Of a stretch of 37,489 nucleotides of DNA, positions 17,956 to 25,712 are shown in pieces. How positions within the stretch are numbered: position 1 is the stretch's first letter; every line of letters begins with the position of its first letter. Under the pieces are notes generated by a model that saw only the letters and a program-made list of their open reading frames with translations, was not told the DNA's origin and searched no databases. The DNA is from Lachnospiraceae bacterium (GTDB taxonomy: Bacteria; Bacillota; Clostridia; Lachnospirales; Lachnospiraceae): positions 1 through 37,489 of the forward strand of contig JAFOFP010000140.1 in assembly GCA_017387285.1 (NCBI GenBank). The letters run 5' to 3'. The translations under genes and the position numbers were made by a program.

Positions 17956-18231
17956 TTATGCGTTCACTGCATCCTTCAGTGCCTTACCAGCCTTGAACTT
18001 AGGGCTCTTGCTTGCTGCAATGGTAACGGTCTCACCGCTTCTGGGATTACGTCCCTCTCTCTCGCCGCGCTCGTTTACCTCGAAGGTACCGAAGCCTACC
18101 AGCTGAACCTTCTCACCCTTTACCATCTCCTCGGTAATTGCGTCAAATACTGCCTTAACTGCTTTCTCAGCGTCCTTCTTGGAAATCTCTGCCTTCTCAG
18201 CTACTGCTGCGATCAATTCTGTCTTATTCAT
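17956..18231 (-). CDS. hup: DNA-binding protein HU
   Basis: 91 aa from the ATG at 18231, preceded by GGAGG (the ORF-track N-terminal extension is discarded). [25 protein letters not shown]...FGTFEV..R..REGRNP.TGE is canonical HU/IHF. Confidence 0.93.
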   Translation of the reverse strand: MNKTELIAAVAEKAEISKKDAEKAVKAVFDAITEEMVKGEKVQLVGFGTFEVNERGEREGRNPRSGETVTIAASKSPKFKAGKALKDAVNA

Positions 18232-18290
18232 ATCTACTATTCCTCCGTCATAATAAACGCTCTTCTTCTCACTTTTTGAGCCACATACTA

Positions 18291-18319
18291 TATATAATGG
18301 TTTCACTCCGTTTTGTCAA
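18291..18319 (-). promoter_or_regulatory. candidate sigma-A promoter of hup
   Basis: On the minus strand: TTGACA (18319-18314), 17-nt spacer, TATATA (18296-18291). Confidence 0.5.
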
Positions 18320-18348
18320 GAATTTTCCTTTTTTTTCATCATTTTCCC

Positions 18349-18897
18349 TTATCCTTCCATCTGCCGTCCGAGAAATCCGGCAGCCGTGAGTGCCAGTTTC
18401 TGCTCCAGTGCCCCCATTTTCTGTTTGGGATTCTTTTCCAGCATGAGCACAGAGCCGATGGCATCCCCCTCGCTGATAATGGTGGTGACCACCTCCTGCT
18501 CATAGCCCTCTTCTTCCTCCCGAAGGATCTGAATATGTTCCCGATCACCTTTCGAAGCCAGAATACTCTCCCGTCCGGCGATCGATCGCTCCAATTCCTT
18601 GCTGATATTTTTACCGGCCAGCTCCCGGTATCCGGCACCGGCTGCCGCAATAACCTGATCCCGGTCTGTGATCAGTACTCCCCGGCCACTGGTCTGTGCG
18701 AGAGCCTCAGCGTACTGTCTGGCAAACAGGCCCATCTCCGCCACCGGAGAATATTTTTTCAGAATGATCTCACCCTCGCGGTCAGTGAAAATCTCCATGG
18801 GTACCCCTTCGTGGAGGCGAAGAGTGCGGCGGATCTCCTTGGGAATCACCACGCGGCCAAGATCATCTATACGGCGTACAATACCTGTTGCTTTCAT
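18349..18897 (-). CDS. spoVT: stage V sporulation protein T (AbrB-family forespore regulator)
   Basis: 182-aa ORF. The N-terminal SpoVT/AbrB swapped-hairpin domain is MKATGIVRRIDDLGRVVIPKEIRRTLR, followed by a GAF-like C-terminal domain. AAGGAGA RBS. Confidence 0.92.
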   Translation of the reverse strand: MKATGIVRRIDDLGRVVIPKEIRRTLRLHEGVPMEIFTDREGEIILKKYSPVAEMGLFARQYAEALAQTSGRGVLITDRDQVIAAAGAGYRELAGKNISKELERSIAGRESILASKGDREHIQILREEEEGYEQEVVTTIISEGDAIGSVLMLEKNPKQKMGALEQKLALTAAGFLGRQMEG

Positions 18898-18980
18898 ATA
18901 TACATTTCTCCTTAAATTACAAATTGTGTTGATAGTATCTGTAATTGTGGGAGAAATATACTGCAGGATTTACTATTTCA
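18869..18980 (-). repeat. copy A of the spoVT 5'-end/promoter repeat (functional copy)
   Basis: It aligns by eye with 20427-20540. Shared blocks are ATACGGCGTACAATACC, GTTGCTTTCATA, CTCCTT, TACAAATT, TAGTATCTGTAA, GGAG, TATAC and ACTAT. Confidence 0.75.
18933..18961 (-). promoter_or_regulatory. candidate forespore (sigma-F/G-type) promoter of spoVT
   Basis: On the minus strand: GTATA (18961-18957), 17-nt spacer, GATACTA (18939-18933). This resembles the sigma-G consensus (GHATR - 17/18 - CATXHTA). The same elements and spacing recur at 20494-20522. Confidence 0.45.
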
Positions 18981-19039
18981 AGTAGTTGTGCTATAATAAT
19001 ATATATTTATTTTGCTTGATTAGGAAGGTCTGATTGTTT

Positions 19040-20287
19040 ATGAAAAATATGACTTTGAAAAAAATATTTTTTGGTGTATTAAAATGGTGCGCACTCGGGG
19101 TACTGATAGGAACACTTGGCGGATTAATTGGCGCATGCTTTGCACATTTATTGTCTTTTGTAACAAGACTACGTCAGGCAGAGCCGTGGCTCATTCTTCT
19201 ATTGCCCATTGGCAGCATCGCAACTGTTTTACTATATCAGGTTTTCAATATGCATAATTACGGCGGAACAAATGAAATCATTCTCTGCCTTACAAATAAA
19301 AAACCAATCAGAACAATTGCTGCACCGCTTATATTCATTTCCAGTGCAATCACGCATCTTTTTGGAGGTTCCGCCGGACGAGAAGGTGCAGCACTTCAGT
19401 TGGGCGGAGGGGGAGCGGCCGCCCTTTGTACTGTGTTACGATTAAAAGATGATGACCGCAGCGTTGCTGTTATCAGCGGCATGTCCGCAGTATTTGCAGC
19501 CTTATTTGGCACGCCTCTTACTGCAGCATTTTTTGTTTTAGAATTTAAATTAAGTTTCAAAGTCATTGGTAGGGCTATCTTGCCTTGCTTTATTTCTTCT
19601 ATTGTTGCCACCAAGCTTTCTTCTACCTTGGCAGTTGCCTCAGAAACAGTACATATTAGCAGCATTAACACTTTCACCTTTCCCACCATTGCAAAAATAA
19701 TTATTTTGTCACTGGGTCTCAGCATATTAGGGCGGCTCATGTGCCTTGCATTCCACAAAACAGATCATTTGATGAGACGCCTTATTCCAAACGCTTTCCT
19801 TCGCACTGCGTTAGCCGCTGCCATAATTGTTGCATTAACCGCAATTGTGGGCGATATGCGTTATAATGGCTCTGGTATGTCCATGGCAATAATGGCTATA
19901 GAAGGAAAAGCAGATTGGTTTGACTTTATTTTAAAAATCGTTTTTACTGCCGTTACCTTAGCTGCGGGATTAAAAGGCGGAGAAATTGTTCCTACTTTTT
20001 GTGTCGGTGCAACCTTCGGCTGTGTTTTTGGCGGTATGTTAGGCTTAGATTACGGATTTGCAGCAGCGCTTGGTTTGGTAGGCTTGTTCTGTTGCGCTAC
20101 AAACAGTCCTGTAAGTGCCGTTTTTTTAGGTGTTGAGATGTTTGGATTTAGTGCACTGCCGTATTTTATAATTATTTGTATATTCCTTTGGCTTTTGTCA
20201 GCCAATAATGGTCTGTTTGAAAACAGATTTTTTAAATCTCCAATTTTTTCAAGAATAAGAAAACAAGGAACAACAAAAGCGAGGTGA
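19040..20287 (+). CDS. CLC-family anion channel/antiporter without CBS domains; motifs suggest the CLC-F (fluoride/H+ antiporter) clade
   Basis: About 415-aa polytopic ORF (ATG at 19040; alternative TTG at 19034; AGGAAGG RBS). It contains GREGAALQLGG (gating Glu) and GLKGGEIVPTF, where canonical CLCs have GxFxP. No GSGIP motif. Much AT-richer than the flanks. Confidence 0.82.
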   Translation: MKNMTLKKIFFGVLKWCALGVLIGTLGGLIGACFAHLLSFVTRLRQAEPWLILLLPIGSIATVLLYQVFNMHNYGGTNEIILCLTNKKPIRTIAAPLIFISSAITHLFGGSAGREGAALQLGGGGAAALCTVLRLKDDDRSVAVISGMSAVFAALFGTPLTAAFFVLEFKLSFKVIGRAILPCFISSIVATKLSSTLAVASETVHISSINTFTFPTIAKIIILSLGLSILGRLMCLAFHKTDHLMRRLIPNAFLRTALAAAIIVALTAIVGDMRYNGSGMSMAIMAIEGKADWFDFILKIVFTAVTLAAGLKGGEIVPTFCVGATFGCVFGGMLGLDYGFAAALGLVGLFCCATNSPVSAVFLGVEMFGFSALPYFIIICIFLWLLSANNGLFENRFFKSPIFSRIRKQGTTKAR

Positions 20288-20303
20288 AATTCACCTCGCT
20301 TTT
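20279..20303 (+). terminator. rho-independent terminator of the CLC gene (overlaps its stop codon)
   Basis: GCGAGGTGA-aat-TCACCTCGC, a perfect 9-bp stem followed by TTTT. Confidence 0.72.
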
Positions 20304-20313
20304 GCTATGTATA

Positions 20314-20421
20314 AAAACCGCCCAAAACCCGTTTTTGACACCAATGCGTTAAGTGGGGCAAACCAGCGAAAACCCTAGTGTTTATGCGGGTTTCAGGCGG
20401 TTTGCCCTATTATAACGCATT
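20314..20421 (-). other. structured non-coding element with mutually exclusive helices (terminator/antiterminator-like)
   Basis: Helix A, 20314-20331 with 20387-20403: 7+8 bp around a 2-nt mismatch, followed on the minus strand by TTTTT. Helix C, GGGCAAACC (20356-20364) with GGTTTGCCC (20399-20407). Helix B, AATGCGTTA (20343-20351) with TAACGCATT (20413-20421). B+C nest and compete with A for 20399-20403. Confidence 0.4.
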
Positions 20422-20455
20422 CCTCGATACGGCGTACAATACCAGTTGCTTTCAT
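20393..20455 (-). pseudogene. 5' remnant / second copy of the spoVT start (20-codon ORF MKATGIVRRIEECVIIGQTA)
   Basis: The first 10 codons match the real spoVT at 28/30 nt and are identical in amino acids. AAGGAGA RBS is retained. Similarity is lost after about codon 12, and a stop follows at 20393-20395. Confidence 0.7.
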
Positions 20456-20540
20456 AATATATAAAATCTCCTTGCTTTACAAATTTGTACTGTTAGTATC
20501 TGTAAAACAAGGAGTTTTATACTTATGACAAACTATCTTT
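20427..20540 (-). repeat. copy B of the spoVT 5'-end/promoter repeat
   Basis: See copy A. By eye, roughly three quarters of positions are conserved outside the near-identical coding start (not computed). Confidence 0.75.
20494..20522 (-). promoter_or_regulatory. second copy of the sigma-F/G-type spoVT promoter
   Basis: On the minus strand: GTATA (20522-20518), 17-nt spacer, GATACTA (20500-20494). Both hexamer blocks and the spacing are identical to copy A, although the spacer sequence differs. Confidence 0.4.
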
Positions 20541-20548
20541 TCGTTTCT

Positions 20549-20827
20549 TTATTTTCCATAATTTTTAAGTTCTCTCGGAGTGCAACCAAAATACTTTTTC
20601 ACAACCCTTGCAAAATACTTTGAATCATTAAACCCACTTTTCTCTGCCGCCTGTTCTATCACCATTCCGCAAGCGATCAAATTTCTGGCATGTTCCAACC
20701 TTAATTGTGTTATATATTCGATTGGCGTTTTATCGTAATATTTTTGAAAAAGCATTCTTAAATTTGTCGCTCCAATTCCCGATTTCTTACAAATTTCTTC
20801 TATCGCCAGGGTATTTTCTGTATAGTA
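20549..20827 (-). pseudogene. AraC-family C-terminal (HTH) fragment lacking the N-terminal sensor domain
   Basis: The open frame from 20827 to the stop at 20549 encodes about 92 aa covering both AraC HTH units (LAIEEICKKSGIGATNLRMLFQKYYDKTPIEYITQLRLEHARNLI...SKYFARVVKKYFGCTPRE). An in-frame TGA lies immediately upstream (20830-20828). The only ATG (20755) gives 68 aa with half a domain and no RBS. Confidence 0.6.
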
Positions 20828-20841
20828 TCATCTCAGTTGTT

Positions 20842-21603
20842 TTATTGAAAATCTAAGTTTCTTTTTTGTTTTCGATAAACCGTTGGTGTTGTTCCCGTAA
20901 AATCCAAAAATTTGCGGTCGAAATCACGCAGAGAAGAAAAGCCACATTCCTCGGCGATCTGAGAGATGGTCTTATTGGTGGATTTTAAAAGTTCCTTTCC
21001 TTCCTGGATCCGCAAGAGGTTAACGTATTGGTTGTATGTTATGCCTATGGATTTTTTAAACAATTTCGAGAGGTAGGCATAATCATATCCTGCCCTCGAT
21101 ATTGCATCACGCAGCAGACATTTTTGCTTATAATTTTCATTTGCATACAACAATACCGACATAACCTGGTCCTGTGAAAAAAATTTCTTCTCTATGTATT
21201 CTCTGCCCTTTTCAAAACAGCCACATATATTGTAGGCAATCGAACGGCGCAAAAACAAATTATCGTCCTCGCTCTGTGTCCAGATAAATTCAAACAAATT
21301 GTCAATCGGAATACGCCGGTTCTTCTCATTATAAAAATCAGGGACAAGATTCGGAGAGAAAAAGCAAATCACATATTCACCGTTTTCCACGGTTTTATAT
21401 GAATGATATTGGAACGGAAAAATCAATACAGCCTGCCCCGCTTTAAGCACATACTGCTTTTCGTCGATAACCACCTCAGTAGTACCCCCAAGCTGCAAAT
21501 AGAACTCAAAGGAGCGATGAATATGCTTCATGAAGGACAAATTTTGCCCTTTTGAAATTTTGAACTCTTGCTCATTAAATGAATGTTTTCCCTCAAAAAG
21601 CAT
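20842..21603 (-). CDS. AraC-family transcriptional regulator (cupin sensor + HTH)
   Basis: 253-aa ORF with an N-terminal cupin-like domain (HIHRSFEFYLQLGG...VLIFPFQYHSY) and C-terminal AraC HTH units (YLSKLFKKSIGITYNQYVNLLRIQ...ISQIAEECGFSSLRDFDRKF). Divergent from the ThuA-like gene. Confidence 0.87.
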   Translation of the reverse strand: MLFEGKHSFNEQEFKISKGQNLSFMKHIHRSFEFYLQLGGTTEVVIDEKQYVLKAGQAVLIFPFQYHSYKTVENGEYVICFFSPNLVPDFYNEKNRRIPIDNLFEFIWTQSEDDNLFLRRSIAYNICGCFEKGREYIEKKFFSQDQVMSVLLYANENYKQKCLLRDAISRAGYDYAYLSKLFKKSIGITYNQYVNLLRIQEGKELLKSTNKTISQIAEECGFSSLRDFDRKFLDFTGTTPTVYRKQKRNLDFQ

Positions 21604-21719
21604 CTCTCATCCCATCCCGTCTATACTAATTTTGTCTCATATTGTACTATAAAAAACATAGAAAATCAATAACTGCTGTTGTAAGATAAAAATATCCCAA
21701 AGACAAAAGGAGGAACCCT

Positions 21720-22367
21720 ATGAAAAAAGCACTTATTGTATACGGAGGATGGAGCGGCCACGATCCCCAGGGGGTTGCTGAACTGTTCAAAGAAATTCTT
21801 GAAAACGAAAACTTTGCTGTAACTCTCTCCGACTCTCTTGACAGCTTTCTGGAGGATTTGACGGTTTACGACCTAATTGTTCCTGTTTGGACCATGGGAT
21901 CCCTTCCGAACGGAGCAGAAAACAACATCTGTGAGGCCGTTGCCAAAGGTACCGGTATCGCCGGCTGCCACGGTGGAATGTGTGATGCCTTCAGAAACAG
22001 CACTAAATGGCAATTCATGACCGGCGCTCAATGGGTTTCACACCCCGGAAACGGCAATGTAACCTATGAAGTTATGATCAACAAGGCATCTTCAAGTCCC
22101 CTTATCGAAGGAATCGAAGATTTTACCGTGACAAGTGAGCAATATTACCTTCATATCGACCCTGCTATTAATGTTCTGGCAACTACCACCTTTACCTATC
22201 CCGGAAATCATACCGCCAACGGAAAGATAACCGTTCCCGTAGCCTTTACCAAGCGCTGGGGACAGGGAAAAGTATATTACAACAGTCTGGGACACAACCG
22301 ATCTGTGTTTGACATTCCCCAGGCGAAGGAAATGATGCGCCGCGGTTTCTTATATGCAGCCAGATAA
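21720..22367 (+). CDS. ThuA-domain protein (class I glutamine amidotransferase-like fold)
   Basis: 215-aa ORF with AAAGGAGG RBS. ALIVYGGWSGHDP...GCHGG...YNSLGH resembles the ThuA family, which commonly pairs with a Gfo/Idh/MocA oxidoreductase. Confidence 0.75.
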   Translation: MKKALIVYGGWSGHDPQGVAELFKEILENENFAVTLSDSLDSFLEDLTVYDLIVPVWTMGSLPNGAENNICEAVAKGTGIAGCHGGMCDAFRNSTKWQFMTGAQWVSHPGNGNVTYEVMINKASSSPLIEGIEDFTVTSEQYYLHIDPAINVLATTTFTYPGNHTANGKITVPVAFTKRWGQGKVYYNSLGHNRSVFDIPQAKEMMRRGFLYAAR

Positions 22368-22386
22368 AAAGAAGAGGTGAACCCTT

Positions 22387-23490
22387 ATGAATATCGGAAT
22401 CGTGGGCTGCGGAAACATCAGCAGCATCTATCTGAAAAATCTTACCGGCGTTTTCAATAATACAACGGTATATGCCGTGTGCGATATTGATTCCGCGAAA
22501 GCAAGCGCACAGGCTCAGGCGTATAATGTAGATAAAATTATGACCCTGGATGAAATGCTTGCAGATCCGGAAATTGATATTATTCTTAACATTACAACGC
22601 CAAAAACCCATTACGAGGTTTGCAAAAAGGTATTGCTTGCAGGCAAACATGTCTATGTGGAAAAGCCTCTGTCTATTTCCTACTGCGAGGGTAAAGAGCT
22701 GTTATCCATCGCAAAAGAAAAGGGTCTGTATATCGGTGGCGCCCCCGATACCTTTTTGGGCGCAGGGATTCAAACCGCTATCAGTCTGGTAAAAAGCGGA
22801 GCGATCGGCAGACCCATCGGCGGTGCGGCGTATATGATGTGTCCCGGACATGAACGCTGGCATCCTTCTCCGGAATTTTATTATGACATGGGCGGCGGCC
22901 CGCTGTTCGATATGGGTCCCTATTATATCACCGCATTGGTAAGACTGTTAGGACGTGTACACAGCGTATTTGCGGTAGGAACAAGGGCTTTTGAAGAGCG
23001 TACGATCACCAGCAAACCGAAATTCGGTCAAAAAATACCGGTTAAGGTCGATACTCACAATGTAGGTATACTTTCCTTTGAAAACGGAGCAGTCGTTACA
23101 TTGGTAACAAGCTTTGATGTGATCAAACACAGTATGCCTAACATTGAACTATACGGTACCAATGGAAGTCTCATGGTTCCTGATCCCAACAAATTCGGCG
23201 GACCGGTTCAACTTGCCACACAGCCAAAGGAACCCTATGTTGACGTGCCGCTTATCAGTGAATACAGTGAAAATTCTCGTGGAATAGGCGTTTCCGAAAT
23301 GGTTCTTGCCATTGAAGAAAACCGAATAAACAATGCCTCGGGAGAACTGGCTTTGCATGTGCTTGAGATCATGGAAGCCTTCGTCAAAAGTTCTGAAACG
23401 GGAGAACGCATTTTTATCGAAAGCGCGCCCTCCCCTGAAATTCCCATGGACTGGGACGTTGCCATCGGCGAATTAAAGACAAAAATCTAA
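22387..23490 (+). CDS. Gfo/Idh/MocA-family NAD(P)-dependent oxidoreductase
   Basis: 367-aa ORF with an N-terminal Rossmann motif IGIVGCGNIS and the EKP motif (VYVEKPL). It begins 19 nt after the ThuA-like gene. Confidence 0.88.
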   Translation: MNIGIVGCGNISSIYLKNLTGVFNNTTVYAVCDIDSAKASAQAQAYNVDKIMTLDEMLADPEIDIILNITTPKTHYEVCKKVLLAGKHVYVEKPLSISYCEGKELLSIAKEKGLYIGGAPDTFLGAGIQTAISLVKSGAIGRPIGGAAYMMCPGHERWHPSPEFYYDMGGGPLFDMGPYYITALVRLLGRVHSVFAVGTRAFEERTITSKPKFGQKIPVKVDTHNVGILSFENGAVVTLVTSFDVIKHSMPNIELYGTNGSLMVPDPNKFGGPVQLATQPKEPYVDVPLISEYSENSRGIGVSEMVLAIEENRINNASGELALHVLEIMEAFVKSSETGERIFIESAPSPEIPMDWDVAIGELKTKI

Positions 23491-23501
23491 TTTTCAAACA
23501 A

Positions 23502-23543
23502 AGCAAAAGCCAAACAAGCTTCAACGCTCATTTGGCTTTTGCT
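23502..23543. terminator. bidirectional terminator between convergent Gfo/Idh/MocA and MATE genes
   Basis: AGCAAAAGCCAAA-16 nt-TTTGGCTTTTGCT, a perfect 13-bp stem with A/T-rich flanks. Confidence 0.6.
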
Positions 23544-23547
23544 TATT

Positions 23548-24942
23548 TTATTCATTCTCAATTTTTCTCGGTCTCATCTTCTGCTTCCATCTTCCGCGCA
23601 GATATGCCACTGCCTGAAGCACCATACCCAGTGTCCATGCGATCACCAACGAACCGGACAATGCAAAGGGAGCTCCCTTAGGCCACTGCTCACTGCGGGT
23701 CAGATACGCAATAATATATGCTGCAGGCACACGGAGAAGAATGGTGGAGATGATGGACATCCACATGGGAGTAACCGTATCTCCCGCTCCACGCATGACA
23801 CCGCCAAGCACCTGAGAGACAGATACCGCAATATAGCCCACCGCCATCAGCCGCATCATCCGGGTAGCCAGATCGATCAACTCCGGTGTATCCGTGAAGA
23901 AACCAAATAACGTCTTTCCAAATATGAGGATAGCCACAGTCAGTACCGTGGATGCACCCACTGCGATCAACAATCCCTGACGGGTACCATTGGTCACCCG
24001 GTCGAATTTGCCGGCGCCCACATTCTGGCCGGTATAAACGCTCATGGTCTGGCCGAAGGTCATGTTGGGCATCATGGCGAATCCATCCACACGCATGATG
24101 ATTACCATGCAGGCGATAACCATCTCGCCCATGGTATTGGTCAGAGACTGTACTACCATCTGTGCCATGGCCATGATCGCCTGAGTAATACCTGAGGGAA
24201 CGCCGATCCGAAGAATCGTCAGTGCCGTATCCGGGATCAGCATAAAGTTCTCTTTTTTCAGGTCAAAATGCTCACGCATACTCAGCAGTTTCAGATAACA
24301 GAGGATTGCCGAAAGGCCCTGCGAAATAACCGTCGCCAGGGCAACACCGGGCACGCCCATATTGAACTTGGCCACGAACAGCAGGTCGAGACCTACATTC
24401 AACGCAGCAGCCACCAAAAGGAAGCCCAGCGCAGAAAGAGAGTCGCCCAATCCGCGAAGCACACCGGACAGCATATTATACATAAAGAAGCCTACGATAC
24501 CATAGAAGAAAATCTTCAAATAATCGGCGCACCAAAGGATAATGGACTCCGGAGTCTTTAACAGCTTCAGCATGGGCATGGTCATCAGCGGGCCAACGAT
24601 CATGATCACCATCGTGGCAATAGCCGCCAGTGTGATACAGTTTCCAATGTTATTGGACAGTGCCTTTCTGTTCTTTGCACCGTAAGACTGCGAAATCATG
24701 ATACCCGCTCCGGTGGAAACACCCACAAACAGCGCCAACAGCAGGTTCAGAATCGGAGACGCACTTCCAACTGCAGACAGAGCATTGTCTCCCACATATT
24801 TTCCGACAATAATGGAATCGGCAGTATTATACAACTGCTGGGCAATGTTACCCAACAACATGGGCACAGCAAACTCGGTGATCCGCTTCCAAGGGGCTCC
24901 CTTAGTCATATCACGGGCAGTAAACAAACTCCTTAAACTCAT
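23548..24942 (-). CDS. MATE-family efflux transporter
   Basis: About 464-aa 12-TM ORF. Start chosen at the ATG at 24942, preceded by GAAAGG (the ORF track extends to 24981). The N-terminus (PWKRITEFAVPMLLGNIAQQLYNTADSIIVG) is typical of the MATE family. Confidence 0.87.
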   Translation of the reverse strand: MSLRSLFTARDMTKGAPWKRITEFAVPMLLGNIAQQLYNTADSIIVGKYVGDNALSAVGSASPILNLLLALFVGVSTGAGIMISQSYGAKNRKALSNNIGNCITLAAIATMVIMIVGPLMTMPMLKLLKTPESIILWCADYLKIFFYGIVGFFMYNMLSGVLRGLGDSLSALGFLLVAAALNVGLDLLFVAKFNMGVPGVALATVISQGLSAILCYLKLLSMREHFDLKKENFMLIPDTALTILRIGVPSGITQAIMAMAQMVVQSLTNTMGEMVIACMVIIMRVDGFAMMPNMTFGQTMSVYTGQNVGAGKFDRVTNGTRQGLLIAVGASTVLTVAILIFGKTLFGFFTDTPELIDLATRMMRLMAVGYIAVSVSQVLGGVMRGAGDTVTPMWMSIISTILLRVPAAYIIAYLTRSEQWPKGAPFALSGSLVIAWTLGMVLQAVAYLRGRWKQKMRPRKIENE

Positions 24943-25021
24943 CTCGTGAACCTTTCTTCTGTCAAAATATTCAAATCGCAATCCTTATTGTTATCGCATA
25001 TTTTTACCTATTCGTCAATGG

Positions 25022-25705
25022 TTATCTCTCCTTCTGTCCAATCAATTCCTCAAATTCCGGTTCTGTCAATGGTCTGTCCAGCTCCATACACATCTCTGAC
25101 AGGGCATAGTAAAGAGAAAAACGTTTTTTCCTCTCCGTCACCCGCGCTGTGATCTCCGGCCGCTTTCCCTTAAGATAATCCAATATTTCCTCAATGTGAT
25201 CCGGGATCTGCTGTTCCATTTTCCGTTTCAGCAGCACACCAGTCCCGGGGCTGGCTCCGTTGGTACATATCCCAACCGAAAGATCTCCCCTGGCGATCAG
25301 GGAGGGAAAAACAAAATCACAGTAAGCCTGATCGTCCACCACATTGACAGGGATCCTTCTCTCCCTGCACAATTCGGATATCCGATGATTTTCCTCCGGA
25401 TCATCCCCTGCGACGATAACAAAGGCGGGCAGACTGTCCAGATCACTCTCACAAAAATCACGCCGAATCAGTGTGATCCGACGGACAAGTGCCTGCTCGA
25501 TATATTCTTTCTCCGCCATCTCCGGATGACCTTTGACGCTCTCCTCTGCCAGAGATTCTATCTCCGGGCAGATCCCGGAGGCGATCACCTTAAGACAGGG
25601 CGAAAACAGTGCCAGCCGCTGAACCTTTTCCAGCGCATGTTTTCCTCCTCCGACGATCAATCCTTCTTTTCCGCAAATATCCATAAAAAACGGAAACAGT
25701 GCCAT
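25022..25705 (-). CDS. precorrin-2 dehydrogenase / sirohydrochlorin ferrochelatase-like (SirC / CysG N-terminal domain family)
   Basis: 227-aa ORF with an N-terminal Rossmann motif GLIVGGGKHALEKV and later VNVVDD, as in siroheme synthase N-domain proteins. Last gene of the ABC operon. Confidence 0.75.
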   Translation of the reverse strand: MALFPFFMDICGKEGLIVGGGKHALEKVQRLALFSPCLKVIASGICPEIESLAEESVKGHPEMAEKEYIEQALVRRITLIRRDFCESDLDSLPAFVIVAGDDPEENHRISELCRERRIPVNVVDDQAYCDFVFPSLIARGDLSVGICTNGASPGTGVLLKRKMEQQIPDHIEEILDYLKGKRPEITARVTERKKRFSLYYALSEMCMELDRPLTEPEFEELIGQKER

Positions 25706-25712
25706 TTATCCT

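Noticed and set aside
18898-19039. Possible fluoride (crcB-motif) riboswitch upstream of the CLC gene.
   Set aside because: No GGCGATGG...CCGCC...CTGATGATGCC-like core is visible. The region is occupied by the spoVT promoter/repeat copy A.
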